Source: Macrostomum lignano
Taxonomy: Eukaryota
Reading direction: 5' to 3'
Assembly: GCA_002269645.1 (NCBI GenBank)
Contig: NIVC01004765.1
Coordinates: 1 to 35,604 of the forward strand
DNA: 35,604 nucleotides
Shown here in pieces: positions 13,951 through 25,039 of the stretch; position 1 is the first letter of the stretch; the number at the start of each line of letters is the position of its first letter. Both the position numbers and the translations under genes were made by a program. The notes beneath the pieces are model-generated. The model was not told the origin of the DNA. It was given only the letters and a program-made list of their open reading frames with translations, and ran no database searches.

Positions 13951-15192
13951 CATATATATGATATTATTGATCTACAAAGTATTAAGATTGCCATTGGTAT
14001 ATATAGTTAGGCCTAGACACAAGTTTGACTAGGGCCTAGCGTAGGCCTAGCCAATAGCCAAATGCTAATGGCATAAGCCTATCTTAATTAGCTATATTAT
14101 ACTTTAAGTTATAGTAGGCTAAGGTATTCCTAGGCCCTATATGGTAAGAAATCTCACTATTAAGCCAACAAGTTGTCACAGTTCTTTTTCCTCTCTATTT
14201 ATACATCACACTGATACCATCGGCATCAGCTATTATAGTATATATTTTTCTGTCCTCTATAATGATGTCATTACTGTTAGGCCCTACTAAAGTTGTAACA
14301 ATGCTAATTCTTCAGCATTGTTACAGAGAAATGTTACAAATAGAGAACCACAAAGAAGGTTGAAGAAAGTTCCTTAGTTTTTGTCTTTTATTAATACTAA
14401 CAAATCTTTCTCTCCATTGGCTAGTGTAACATTCATTTAAACAAAGACTTTACTAAAACAAATTAATTTGATTCACTAAAACAAAATTACTTTGTTAAAA
14501 CAACTAGTGCATTTAAACAAATATATGTGTATACAATATTTTGGCGGGAATTTGATTTAGCACAGAATGGTGATTTTTTAATAATACAAAAAATTAATAA
14601 TAGTAATTGCCAAAGTTAGGCAAAATAAAAATAATAGAATTCTTAGAACTCATAGAATTCTGAAAAATAAGAAATGATCTAATCTGTCCCAGGGCTCTTA
14701 ATTATTCTTTTGCTAGCCGTATTAGCTGCCACCACAGTTGCACAGTTTTATGTATTATGGAATGTAAAGGGTCTCAGAGCTTTCTTTGAGTTGAGAATTG
14801 GTCATTTTATGCCCCATGGGCAAATGATTCAAGATAGGCCATGGCTTATGTCAACAAAATAAATGTTTAAAGGTTTAAGTTGTCGATATTTATTATTGAA
14901 ACAGATTATTAATAGCTTGAGCAGGTTATTTATAGATCAAAGTAAATTGCTACTGACAATTAATTTCACGGCCGCCAGTGCGCTAATAAAAACTTAAAAT
15001 GAAGAAACTGATATGCTAATCTAACAGTAAGAAGACAAGAGCAAAAGAGCAAACAGAAGGGAGAGGGGGAGCGAAAGAGTATGCAGAAAATTAAACAGAG
15101 TGCAACTTATTTATAGTAGGACATATATATTAATTCTAGGCATGGGGCCTGAACTTGCCAACACTGGGGCCACACAATGGCTATCCTGATTG

Positions 15193-15295
15193 CAGCGCAT
15201 GGGAATTTTGGCGGACGGCGTCCGGCGCGGATCTAATACGGCGCGGCGCGGCACGGCGCGCGGCGATTAGTATGGCGCAGCGCGGTACTAATTAG
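15193..15295. repeat. GC-rich CGGCG(CGG) low-complexity island at the right duplication breakpoint, possibly a DNA-transposon subterminal region
   Basis: GGCGGACGGCGTCCGGCGCGG..CGGCGCGGCGCGGCACGGCGCGCGGCG in otherwise AT-rich DNA. Confidence 0.45.
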
Positions 15296-15784
15296 ATGCC
15301 GAGGCATTTAGGCTTGATAAGACAGTCATAGTTACTCCTGCCGTTTATTTTGCTTTAGGGTTTCTTTCACAGGTAAGTCATTTCACAGCGTGGCGCAGGT
15401 TGTGTAGGCGTCTGTTGTACTTAAGCCATGCGCTGCAATAGGGATGGCTATTGAGTAAAAACTGACTGAAAACATGCAGAAAATGATTAAAAACAACTAA
15501 TGAAAATGCATTGGGCTAGAAATTGGGAAAATAAGTTTCAACAAATGGTCTATACTTGGGGCCAACAGAGAGAAAGGTGAGGTCATTGAACTACAGATGG
15601 CCGCATAGACATAGGTTGGCACTCATGCAAGAAAATATTGGCATGCATTTGAATAACTATTAAAATAAAAATTAATTAACTGTGGCAACCCCACTGCCAC
15701 ATGCACTGGGGCGCACTCAAATGGAAATTGTTAAAACAAAACCTTGTTTTCGCTTTTAGATTAGTGGCCTTGGCTGGTTGAAAC

Positions 15785-16414
15785 TCAACCTCCACGGCCA
15801 GACGGGCAGCCGTCGCTGGAAGTGCCACCTCCGTGCTGCAGGTGGGCGGGCTCTCGGTTGGCTTTGGCCCGCGATTGCTGCTGGGCAGGTTCAGCGGTTG
15901 GGGGTGAGCTAGCTGGGGGCCACCCGAGCACATACATGCGCCCTTCCTCGTACAGCAGCTACTCCGGGGCTTTTAAGATGGCAGAGTCCCAGAATGCGCA
16001 AAGTCGGGGCCGCCAGCCATCCTGGAGATGGCCAGCCTCCAGGTAGGATAGCGCCAACAGCAAGGCCAGAGCTGGCTGAGGGTGTCCAGGCTGTTGCCGC
16101 AAGCAGTCCTCGGCGCACTCTAGCAGGCGCTCTAGGATGTCAAGCATGGACTTAGGAGGCATGAGGCCACACAATGCCCTCCAAGGGGCGTCCAATTGCA
16201 CACAACTTTTTTGGGTGGCCTGCAAATAGGCGTCATTCAACGCCTCTTCCAAACAGATTCTGGCAGGACTCATGCCATCCGCAGTGGCTGTGATAGCCTG
16301 AATCGTCATGGCGGACTGCGCATCAAGCCACGGGGCCTGGTTCAGGGCGGTCGCCAAGCTGGGCGTCACAGTGAGCGTGGTCTTGCTCGTCGACGTCTCT
16401 GGGCACGGCGCCAT
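15785..16414 (-). pseudogene. Orphan single-exon ORF, 151 aa to a TAG at 15959-15961, with the frame open for 58 more codons
   Basis: GC-rich, coding-like and helical-looking (CLEEALNDAYLQ, LDILERLLECAEDCL, LALLLALSYLE). Reads ..FWDSAILKAPE*LLYEEGRMYVLGW.. to a TGA at 15785-15787. TATTTAAA on minus at 16566-16573. No family recognised. Confidence 0.45.
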
Positions 16415-17810
16415 TGGTCATGACACAAACCAACAGGTTTTACAGATTGAATTTGTCAAAACTTGTCGGAGATTAACAATAATAGAAAATGATAACTTGA
16501 CAGAGCAGAATTAGCTATAATATTGTGGAATAAAACCAATTGATGACAAACAAGAGAAAGTGGCCTTTAAATAGTTAGGCTCAAAACCAACCATTGAATA
16601 AAAGGCAGAAAAGGCACCAACTGTGGGAGCGGGTTGATGCTTCCTCATGCACTCTATGGTGGCCTGCAAAAAATGGGGTGGGTGCATGAAATCAAGGAGT
16701 AATAAACAGATAACTGCACGGCGGGGGTCGAGAACAAATGAATCAGATGGGGGCGCCTTAAACGGCTCACATTAAACAGATTGGCAGTTAAACAAACTGT
16801 ATATCGCATAGCAAAGTTAAAATAGCATAATAGAATAATAGAAGGTTAGCGACCAGTATAACAGGTGTGGGGCTTCATAAGTTACAATGCACAGGTGTTA
16901 ACAAATTGCACAGGGGAAGGAGGAGCCAAACTGGCAGCTCTCACGAGTTCCCTGGCTTGAGCAAAATTCAAGAAAGAGCAGGGGGGCAGTCAAGTCCTCG
17001 AATGCTCTCCACTGTGGACAAGGCCTAGATCTGGGGTGCTTGACCTGAGTGGGGCATAGTCTGCTTGGCCCCAAGACCATACATGTGCAACCTCCAAAAT
17101 TCAGTCGCCGTGTGACTTAGTTTTAACAAAGATGCGACGTGGTCTTTTGCCAAAAATGCGACTTACATATAAAAGAAACCTAAAGCAAAATTAACACAAC
17201 TTTGGATAAACGGCAGGAGTAACTATGACTGTCTTATCAAGGCAAAATGCCTCATCATCTACTTAGTACTACTTTTGTATTTATTCGGGTGAACATTTTT
17301 TGCGACTTACATTGGTTGGACGCCAAATCAATCAGCCGGATCGGCCAACTCGGCCAACTGTTGCACATGTATGCCCGAGACAATGGGCTCACAAAATAGC
17401 AGAGAGGGGGACCTTAGGTTTAAACGAACTAGATTTTACAATTTAGTTAGCTGCTTTTCTCCTGAAAGCATAAGGTGAAAATGGGATACTTCTGCACTTT
17501 AAGCGCGTGTAAAGAAGTTCACATGAAATGGGGATTCAACTAATGAATGCAATTACACAATGATTTCATATGGTATCGCATTGACTAAATAATTTGCATG
17601 GGTTAAATAATCGTTGTGTTGAATAAATATGATCGCATTGGTACAAGCTTTTTCCAGAAAGCCTAAGGATAAATAGAGAGTGCAAGAGTGCTAAATTAAT
17701 GAAATGCATAGGATAAATAGCAAATCGTGCACTTTACATGAGCACTGAAACTGTTCAGAATGTACCCTGCTTTTAGCTGGAAAGCATAAGGAATGGCAAA
17801 ATTAACAGCT

Positions 17811-18120
17811 GCTTTTATCCCTCAAGCATAAGGAAAGTACATTGAAATGGAAATTGCTTTTATCCCTCAAGCATAAGGGAAGTACATTGAAGTTGAAATT
17901 GCTTTTATCCCTCAAGCATAAGGAAAGTATATTGAAATTGAAATTGCTTTTATCCCTCAAGCATAAGGAAAGTACATTGAATTGAAATTGCTTTTATCCC
18001 TCAAGCATAAGGAAAATACATTGAAATTGAAATTGACGCCTGCTTTTATCTGGAAAGCATAAGGAAAAGTACATTGAAATTGAAATTGACGCCTGCTTTT
18101 ATTCGGAAAGCATAAGGAAA
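17811..18120. repeat. ~45-bp tandem repeat, ~7 copies, downstream of the Gypsy pol stop (probable 3' UTR repeats)
   Basis: Unit GCTTTTATCCCTCAAGCATAAGGAAAGTACATTGAAATTGAAATT at 17811, 17856, 17901, 17946, 17990 and onward. Degenerate copies lie near 17452, 17647 and 17768. Confidence 0.9.
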
Positions 18121-18288
18121 AGAGAAATTTAAATGGAAAAATTAAAACCAGCTTTTAGCACAGAGCAGGTGCAGAGAAAGCTTACAGCAAAATTAAAAGC
18201 GGAATGTGTTCACAAATTGGACTACTACTAGTAATGCGCATCAAAAGTTAGCAACTTGGCGCAACAGAAAATTCATTGGTAAATACCT

Positions 18289-19580
18289 TTAAATCTCAAG
18301 CTCCATGCCAATGTCAGGCAGATCCGGGTCGCCCTCAGGCAGCACTTCTGGATGGCGCAGGCTCAGCTCAAACAAATGGCTGTCACGCAGGTTAGGCTGA
18401 GCTTTGTCAGGGCAACATTGGCCACTCTGTCTGGCGCGGCGGCTCCTGCAGTTGATTTGCCATTATCTGTGGCACCTTAATTATGTTGTTGCGATGTACC
18501 AAAATTTTGGCGGGGCGTCCTCATTGGGCAGTTGCTGGCTGGATCCAATAGGCTACTTCGCCGACCTTTCTGTTAACTTTGTACAAGTGTAACAGGGCTG
18601 ATTTTTCCTTCAATTATCCCACTATTGCCACCAAAGTTGTTGCAGACCTTTTGGCTCTCTATGAAAATTCCACCGTTATGCCACCAAATTGTTACAGGGG
18701 CTGACTCTTTCTTCTTAATATCTCACTAATTCTACTACTGACACTAAATCTTGCCTTAATGTTTCTAACTGTTTCTTAGAATTTCATTTGGATTTTCTGG
18801 TAGCGTTTTCTGTATTAGTCTGGTAGTGTCTGATGTATTAGTCTGGTAGCGTCTTATGTATGGCCTGAGTGGTCTAGTACTGGTACATGAACTTATTATA
18901 TTGTCCTAGTCGGGCGTTCACCGGGATTAGAGGGTCACAGCACAACTCTCTGAATTTCCCTTTGTAATATTTTCCCAATCCCTTCTCTTAGTAAGTTTCT
19001 GAGCACTGTCACTCCCTTTTTCCTTAAAATAACTAACTCAACAAGATTTCAAAGTTTATCTGAGAATATAGAACAAACCAATATTATAGTGCACGAATAT
19101 TTCGAGAGCAAGAAAAGGTTACTTTTATTTGGCAAAATCACTCTTATATATACTGTTTTAGACGGCTATGTTTATAACAAAAATATTTATCGATAATATT
19201 TTGCATAGTAAAACAAATGCTAAAATTAGTTTCTAGTTTGCACGCAAATTTAACATGGTGATTTATAACATGGTTTAAAAATTGGCTAATTTACATGTAT
19301 GAATCGTAATAGGCATTTTATTAGGCACAAAGAATAGTAAAGGTAATTAACAGAAACATACACTAGCACACAAGCTTTTGTATGGCTGGTGAAACTTCGG
19401 CAGCTTGCCAAACTCAAGCTTTAGGTTGGCCAGGCAGACCAGGTCTCTGGGCTGCAGTTCCATGGGCTTGGGTTGGTTCTCATAGTATTCTTCGCGGCAT
19501 TGGATCTCGGCTCGCAATCGCTGTCGCACAATTCTCTTGGTCTCGGCCAGTCTGCGCTGATGCTTTGCAATGTACTCAGG
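18289..19580 (-). pseudogene. Gypsy integrase C-terminal tail, split by a solo LTR
   Basis: EYIAKHQRRLAETKRIVRQRL..REEYYE..LQPRDLVCL..GKLPKFHQPYKSL | YKVNRKVGEVAYWIQ..KILVHRNNIIK matches the GPY/F-type post-integrase region. The two parts join in frame when 18588-19370 and one TSD are removed. Confidence 0.82.
18588..19370 (-). mobile_element. Solo LTR (783 bp) nested in the Gypsy integrase tail
   Basis: Termini TGTAAC...GCACA and 4-bp TSD CAAG (18584-18587, 19371-19374). TATA-like (~19143-19152) and AATAAA (~19123-19128) lie on minus. Internal ~50-bp repeats TGTAACAGGGCTGA..GCCACCAAA. Confidence 0.85.
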
Positions 19581-20410
19581 CAGGTACGAAGGCAGTCAGA
19601 TATTGATCCTCTGGATGCAGTGGAATCTAATAATAGCCGCTATTGAGGTTGAACGTGCTGAATAGCTTTCTTCCTTCGAGGCTGGCGAATGCTTCTTGGA
19701 TATTAGAAATCGGGTATGGAAAGTACTCACACTTTTGGTTCAGACTCCTGAAATCTTGTACAATTCTTAGGCTGCTGTCCTTCTTCGGGATGATCACCAG
19801 CAGGGTGTTATAGCTGGAGAAGCTTGGTCGAATCAGGTCTTTGGCAAGCAGATCCTCAAGTAGCTGGTCCACCTTAGGCAGTAGATGCGGCGGAATCCGC
19901 CAGGTCGGCAGATGTATAGGATCCTTGTCCTTCAATACGATGTTGTGGGTGACCAGGTAGGTTCGGCCAAGATCATGTGGCCCCTGCGAGAAGATGGTCT
20001 TGTACTTCTTCAATAGCTCAATGACTTGAGCGTGCTAGTCATTGGACAAGTCCTCGCCAATGTCAATCTCCTTGATCCAAGCGTTAGGATCTTTGTCTTG
20101 GACTTGATTGACTGAGGCTTCTAGCTTAGGCAGCAGAAAGAATTGTAACTTGGGCAGTCTGATTGGTCTAGCAATCCCGACTAGGGCATTCACTCATACT
20201 TTGATTAATGTTGTTCCTCGATTAATCATCTCGATAGCACCTTCTCCATTAGCCATAGATATTAGTGCAGGCGTGGCATCCAGATGCTGCACATCTTCTT
20301 TTCACCAAGCCGGTTTTAATGGCTCAATCACCGCAAGTGTACCCTGGTTTTCTTCTTGTCCTTTAGCTAGCTTAATTTTTATTCGGGCTGATGATAGTGG
20401 TGGCACAGTA
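19581..20410 (-). pseudogene. Gypsy post-protease region and reverse transcriptase N-terminal part
   Basis: VPPLSSARI..LLKKYKTIFSQGPHDLGRTYLVTHNI..IRPSFSSYNTLLVIIPKKDSSLRIVQDFRSLN..YPISNI..LEGRKLFSTFNLNSGYY*IPLHPEDQYLTAF. Ends before the YxDD motif. Confidence 0.93.
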
Positions 20411-20419
20411 GTGCAGTGC

Positions 20420-22919
20420 TCTCGGCTATATAAATTCTGCACGTGGTAGCCTCAGTTTGTGTGTAGCAAAGTGTACCGCCGGTGCAGGCACTCATCAGCA
20501 TGATGCTTGCGGTTGCACCTGTAGCACATTGCACTTTGTTGCCGCAGCTGGTAAGGCAGCAGCCTTAAACTCTGCTGCTGCTGCTGTTGTTAGTGTTGTT
20601 GTTGGGGCAAAGGCACCGAGGACAGTCAGAGACTGTGTCTCGCTAGCGCCACCAACCTCGCTAGGGCGGTGGTCAGGACCCCGAGGTCCAGTCTGTCCGT
20701 GTTGAAAATCAAAAGCCTCAGATGCCAGAGGGCCGGGCAACTAAGCCAGTGCTCGAGGTCTTCCGGGCCTTCCTTGCAGCGGTGGCAAACGGAGTCGGCA
20801 GTCGGGTTGACAATGCTGCTATAGGCCCGAAGAAGACTGCAATGTCCAGCACGGAGTCTAGCCAGGAGCAATGCATCCTGCCAATTCAGCAACTCCTGCC
20901 AATCCTATTGGCAGTTAAGCGCGCAGTAGACAGCGGCGGTGCAAGCATGGGACAGCGGAGGGTCGCTGATCACCCAACAAATCGCTGCCGCTGCACTGCG
21001 GAAAGAGATGGCGGCCACAGCGGTGTCGGCAGTGACGTCAGCAGCAGCAGCCTTGGCAGCTGCTTCCGCTGCCTTGTTGCCGATGATTCCGCAGTGTGCT
21101 GGGACCCATTGAAGTGTGATGGATGCAGTAGCGCAAAAGAGGTCCAGGAGCAGGCAATTTGGGCGGGAGCTAAGAAGAGCGTCCAGGAGTGCCCTGTTGT
21201 CAGAACAGATGAGCACGCTGCCAGGTGCACAGTGGGCTTTGAGCCAGTTAATAGCTAGACCAAGCGTGCATCTTTCCTTGTCAAAGCTGCAGGTGGGCGA
21301 GGCTCCACGTACTGCCACGACATCCAGGATCTCGGGAGCGGTCAGGTCGCCTTTAGTGATAACGCAGGCTGCGCCTCCATCTAGGCAGCCTCTTGCTGCT
21401 GAGCCGTCCGTGTACAAGACCCAGTCCGCTCCTGCTTCACAGATGGAAGCCTCCACTCTGCTTCTAGCGTCCTCCTAGCTCAGAGGCTGCGCATCCGCGA
21501 TTGCTGGCAACTGGCATACGACTCAGTGGCCCGCGGCTGGACGCAGCCAGGGGCACCATGCGAGCTGCGGCAAAGGCTCCCTATGGTTGAGGTTTCCCAG
21601 CATACTTGCCAAGAGCTGCTAGGTGCAAAGGCGCCAGCTACTCCTGGCTGTGCGGTGCAGAACCTCAGCCGTGGTAGCACGGAAGCGAGGGTGGTCTCTG
21701 AGGAGGTGGAGCGCTTTCTTGTAGGCCGCCAGACAGCTGATTGTGCATGGTGGCAACGGTGCAGATGCCAGCTTTGAGGTGGAGTGCCTCGGTGGAGGTT
21801 GTGCGCAACTTGGTTGGCCAGGGTTGTCAGGCTGGCGACACATAGTGAAAGACACTGAGCTTCATAGCCTTAAAGGTGGTCACCAGGCTGTCCTGGTGAC
21901 AGCAGCAGTTTGCTGCTGCTGTTGACGTTGACCTCCAGCTGGCGGCGTCCTTGGCAGCAGATTGCTGCCATCTTGTGGTTGCTGAAGTCAATGGAACGGT
22001 TGCTGCGGCAATATTCGTGTGCCGGTTGTCATAAATTGGGCGCTTCTGTCAGCGCTGCGGTGAGGAGTTGTGGGTACCAACAAGTTGCGTTGGCTCCAGG
22101 CGTCCTGCAGCTGATGGTGAGGCTCTAATGGCTCCGGGGTGTTGTTGTCGCGCAATCCTGTGAGTAGAACTATTGCATTTCATTACTCAAAGTCTCCAGT
22201 ATTCGTTGCTGCTCTTGAAGAGTCTCAGTTTGCTGTTCCATCACTTCATGCAACCGATTACCCGGACATGTCTCGCTGCTGGCGGCGGTGCTACTTGCTA
22301 AGCCAGACTTGCTGCTGTCTCCAAACGTAGCATGGCCTGTTTTGCTATGGTCAGATTCTGCGGTCGCACTAGTTTTAGCTGTTCTCTCGCCGACTGAGCA
22401 ATCCACACTCCCACAGTGAACTGATCCACCAGTTCAGCCTGCTTCTGAACCGGGGTAAAATGCGGGAATGCTCGATTGGCCAAAGCAATTAGTCAATCAC
22501 TGTAGTTGTCCACACTCTCGTTCTTGCCTTGCTGGCAGCTTCAGAACTGCTCCCAATACTCCAGCGTGTCGGCCAGATGCGTAAAGCATTCAGACAAATG
22601 TTGCTTGAACTTATCAAACGTCAAATTGTCTGGCAGCTCCATCCTGATGAGCCTGGATCCAGATGTCAAATTCCTGGTTCTGCATGTACCGCTGAATCTT
22701 GACTGGCTTCGGCGCTGGAGCTTGATCCTGCTGCTGGGGCTGCTAGTACACGTGATGATAATGTTGCGGCTGGCCTAGGCTGGTCTACTCTAGTTGCTGG
22801 CGCACGTCTTCAGTCACCGCGCAAATCATCTTGTCATAGGTCGGTCTTGTAGTTAAGTTGTTGGGGCCCGCGAAGTTGGCTGTCGCATCCGCAGCCATTG
22901 AATTACTAGTTGAAGCCAT
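20420..22919 (-). pseudogene. Gypsy gag, interrupted by the LINE at 20570-21865
   Basis: ATG at 22919. Q-rich N-terminus, PKPVKIQRY..EFDIWI, and capsid-type EQF*SCQQGKNESVDNYSD*LIALANRAFP..LVDQFTVG. Zinc knuckle CYRCNRKHHADEC (CX2CX3HX4C) plus a degraded second knuckle at ~20420-20515. Confidence 0.82.
20570..21865 (-). mobile_element. 5'-truncated Ingi-like (I group) LINE with RNase H, nested in gag
   Basis: TSTEALHLKAG..AYKKALHLLRDHPR..RSSWR; RNase H LYTDGSA..ICSDNRALL..ITLQWVPAHCGIIGNKAAE; C-terminal LARLRAGHCSLLRAY..CHRCKEGPEDLEHWLSCP. (CAA)n(CAG)n 3' tail at ~20572-20605 and 9-bp TSD AGCCTTAAA at 20561-20569 and 21866-21874. Confidence 0.9.
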
Positions 22920-22979
22920 AGTAGTGTAGCATTTGAACAACTCGTTGAAAGGGTTTTGGCATCTCGTTATTTCACTTAG

Positions 22980-22988
22980 CTGACACCA
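22980..22988 (-). promoter_or_regulatory. Primer-binding site TGGTGTCAG (consistent with tRNA-Leu priming)
   Basis: On minus, ACTTCA-C-TGGTGTCAG lies ~60 bp upstream of the gag ATG. It is complementary to the ...CUGACACCA 3' end of Leu tRNAs; the match is only 9 nt. Confidence 0.65.
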
Positions 22989-22989
22989 G

Positions 22990-23192
22990 TGAAGTGGGGG
23001 TAGAGAAAGAAAATAAATAATTTGAAAATTGGGATTGGCATTTCCTCGAAACTGGTTAGTGTTGCAGAAATAAAGCTGTAAAATCGCGCAGAGGAATCAC
23101 AACAAATTTCTTCTCCTTTTACTCCGACAGCTAGGTTCTCAAGTCTGGGGAGGGTAGTCGTAATCGTAGCAAAGTGGTCGTAGAGTGGCACA
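22990..23192 (-). mobile_element. Putative 5' LTR of the Gypsy element (distal boundary uncertain)
   Basis: TG..CA bounded (TGAAGT at 22990, GGCACA at 23192) and adjacent to the PBS. No second copy exists to confirm it, and the AATAAA motifs are on the plus strand. Confidence 0.45.
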
Positions 23193-23280
23193 ATCATTCA
23201 AATATAGAAACACTAGATATTGCTGACACTGTAAATTAATGTGTCAATTTGCTAAGCTGGTTACTTTTCAGTAGGGTAGT

Positions 23281-23409
23281 TGCTGCCACCACCGTAATTT
23301 ATGTATTATGGAATGTAAAGGGTCTCAGAGCTTTATTTGAGTTAAGACTTTGGTTATTTTATGCCCCATGGGCAAATGATTCAAGATAGGCCATGGCTCT
23401 GTGGCAGCA
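23281..23409. mobile_element. ~130-bp MITE with 9-bp TIR TGCTGCCAC / GTGGCAGCA
   Basis: Perfect terminal inverted 9-mers, with the internal sequence repeated at 9727 and 14725. No clear TSD. Confidence 0.7.
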
Positions 23410-23492
23410 CTTTCTCTAGTCTTAGGAAAGCAATTCTTAGCAGATATTGATGAATGCCATAGTGTGGGCACTCAATCTTGGTGTCTCAGACT

Positions 23493-23996
23493 TTAGTTAG
23501 TTGGTAAATGATAGATTGATAATCTTGAGGCAGGCCTTGTTACAACAAGTGCATTGAAGCAGTTGGGGCAAGATGGCTGAGATGACCTCCTAGAAGGTGG
23601 CACCTCTGTAGGAATGGCCATTTGCACAGCACGATCACAAGTGCCTCTAGCCTGTATTACACACAACTTGACTGGGGTGGCCGCCTGGTGCTCTAACAAG
23701 ATGGCCCTCTTCTTTTCCAGCCCATTGGCTTGACTAGTAGTGGACGCTAGTGAACTTGGCCTTTGTTGCTTGGGAGCCGTTGCTAGTGAACTTGTCAATT
23801 GCCTCATCAGGGCCTCAATCTCTTGGCGCTCTTGTCAGTCTTGCTCATGCTGTTCACACTCTTGTCTCTCGCACTCTTTTTGCTCTCACTTTCATGCTCT
23901 TCTTGATCTTTGTTGCTCTTGCTCTGGTTGTTCTAGTTGACCATTGTTCTTTGGTAAAGCTTGGAGAAATAAATTGATATTGTCATTGTTATCCAT
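23493..23996 (-). pseudogene. Disabled ORF with E/R/Q-rich coiled coil and possible degraded CCHC knuckle (gag/ORF1-like or orphan)
   Basis: ATG at 23996 is in frame with ORF 23493-23807. Three TGA stops (23892, 23886, 23835) fall in an E/R/Q run where CGA (Arg) fits. TATAAATA on minus at 24099-24106. Confidence 0.5.
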
Positions 23997-24379
23997 CTCA
24001 ATTCTTAGCACAATTCTTTGTATAGATCTTCAAAGGGGTCTTGGAATTGATTTTTGGATGTGTGAAATATGGGGCTTCCTGGCAGTCAAGGGGGTTCTTA
24101 TTTATAGGCTGTCGGCCAAAAAACTAGACTGCATCAATGTGTTATATGCGGGTCTTGGGTAGGGTAAACCAGATTTGACATAATTGACTGCTGAATTTTT
24201 ATTGATTTTCTTTTTCTTTTTATAACTTTTTATTTTTTTGACAGATTTTCTCAAGTAAAGTATCAAATTAAAGATTACATTTTTATATTGATTAATATGG
24301 CATTTATAGATTCATTCTATGTATAACATTTCAAATTTTATAAACAATTAGGTAAGATTAAATCTTCTAGTTCTTTAAT

Positions 24380-25039
24380 TAGTTCTTTTTCCTCTCTATT
24401 TATAAATCACACTGCTGCCACCAGCTGTAATACTGTATATTTTTCTGTCTTCTATAATGATCTCATTGCTGTCACCAAAGTTGTAACAGTGCTGATTCTT
24501 CTCTCTGTAAATATCCTATTAATCCTAACTTCTAATTCCTAACTCTGGTATCACTCTATCACTCAGTGTTCTGATAGCATTCTTAGTAGCATTCTAGTAG
24601 CATTTGTATACTATATAGCCTGAGCAATCTTATAGTACATGTACTTTCCCTCCAGTCTGGGTATTACCAAGCTTAGAAAGTCACAGTGCTTACTCTTAGT
24701 TCCCAACTCCCAAATTTCTGAAAACCTTCTTTGCATTACTTTTAGAATTCTAAGAAATAAGCAATGATCTAAGAATGAGTTATCAACACACATTTGAGCT
24801 TATAGCTAACAAACAAGTAAAAACAAGTTGGTCTCCTCTCCTCAAACCTTGCTCCTTTTTATACTAGTTAGATTGGATATATTTTTAAAACAAATTTTAA
24901 ACTCAAAAATATTTTACATATTAAAACAAAAGAAATTAATTGTATACCAGTTTTAAAAACAATTCCTAGCAATAAAGTACCATTATTACAAAGTTAGTAA
25001 TTAAAATGTCTAATTAAAATGGTGGTTATTATTGTTACA
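24380..25039 (-). mobile_element. Eroded LTR related to 18588-19370
   Basis: Shares GTCACCAAAGTTGTAACAG.GCTGA, GCCTGAG, GTACATG.ACT and TTAGA..GTCACAG blocks in the same order. Minus-strand TATAAAAAG at ~24855-24863 and ends ATTGTTACA at 25039. Left end and TSD are not resolvable. Confidence 0.6.

Larger units (their letters stand above)
18289..23192 (-). mobile_element. Degraded, internally deleted Ty3/Gypsy retrotransposon with two nested insertions; no 3' LTR found
   Basis: In order on minus: putative LTR, PBS, gag, post-protease region, RT N-terminus, integrase C-terminus and pol stop TAA at 18289-18291 (see sub-features). Confidence 0.88.

Noticed and set aside
17090-17375. GCGACTTACAT and GGCCAACT repeats suggesting MITE fragments
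   Set aside because: No paired termini or TSD could be defined.
17399-17410. Purine tract as the Gypsy polypurine tract
   Set aside because: Wrong strand for a minus-oriented element, and no 3' LTR follows.
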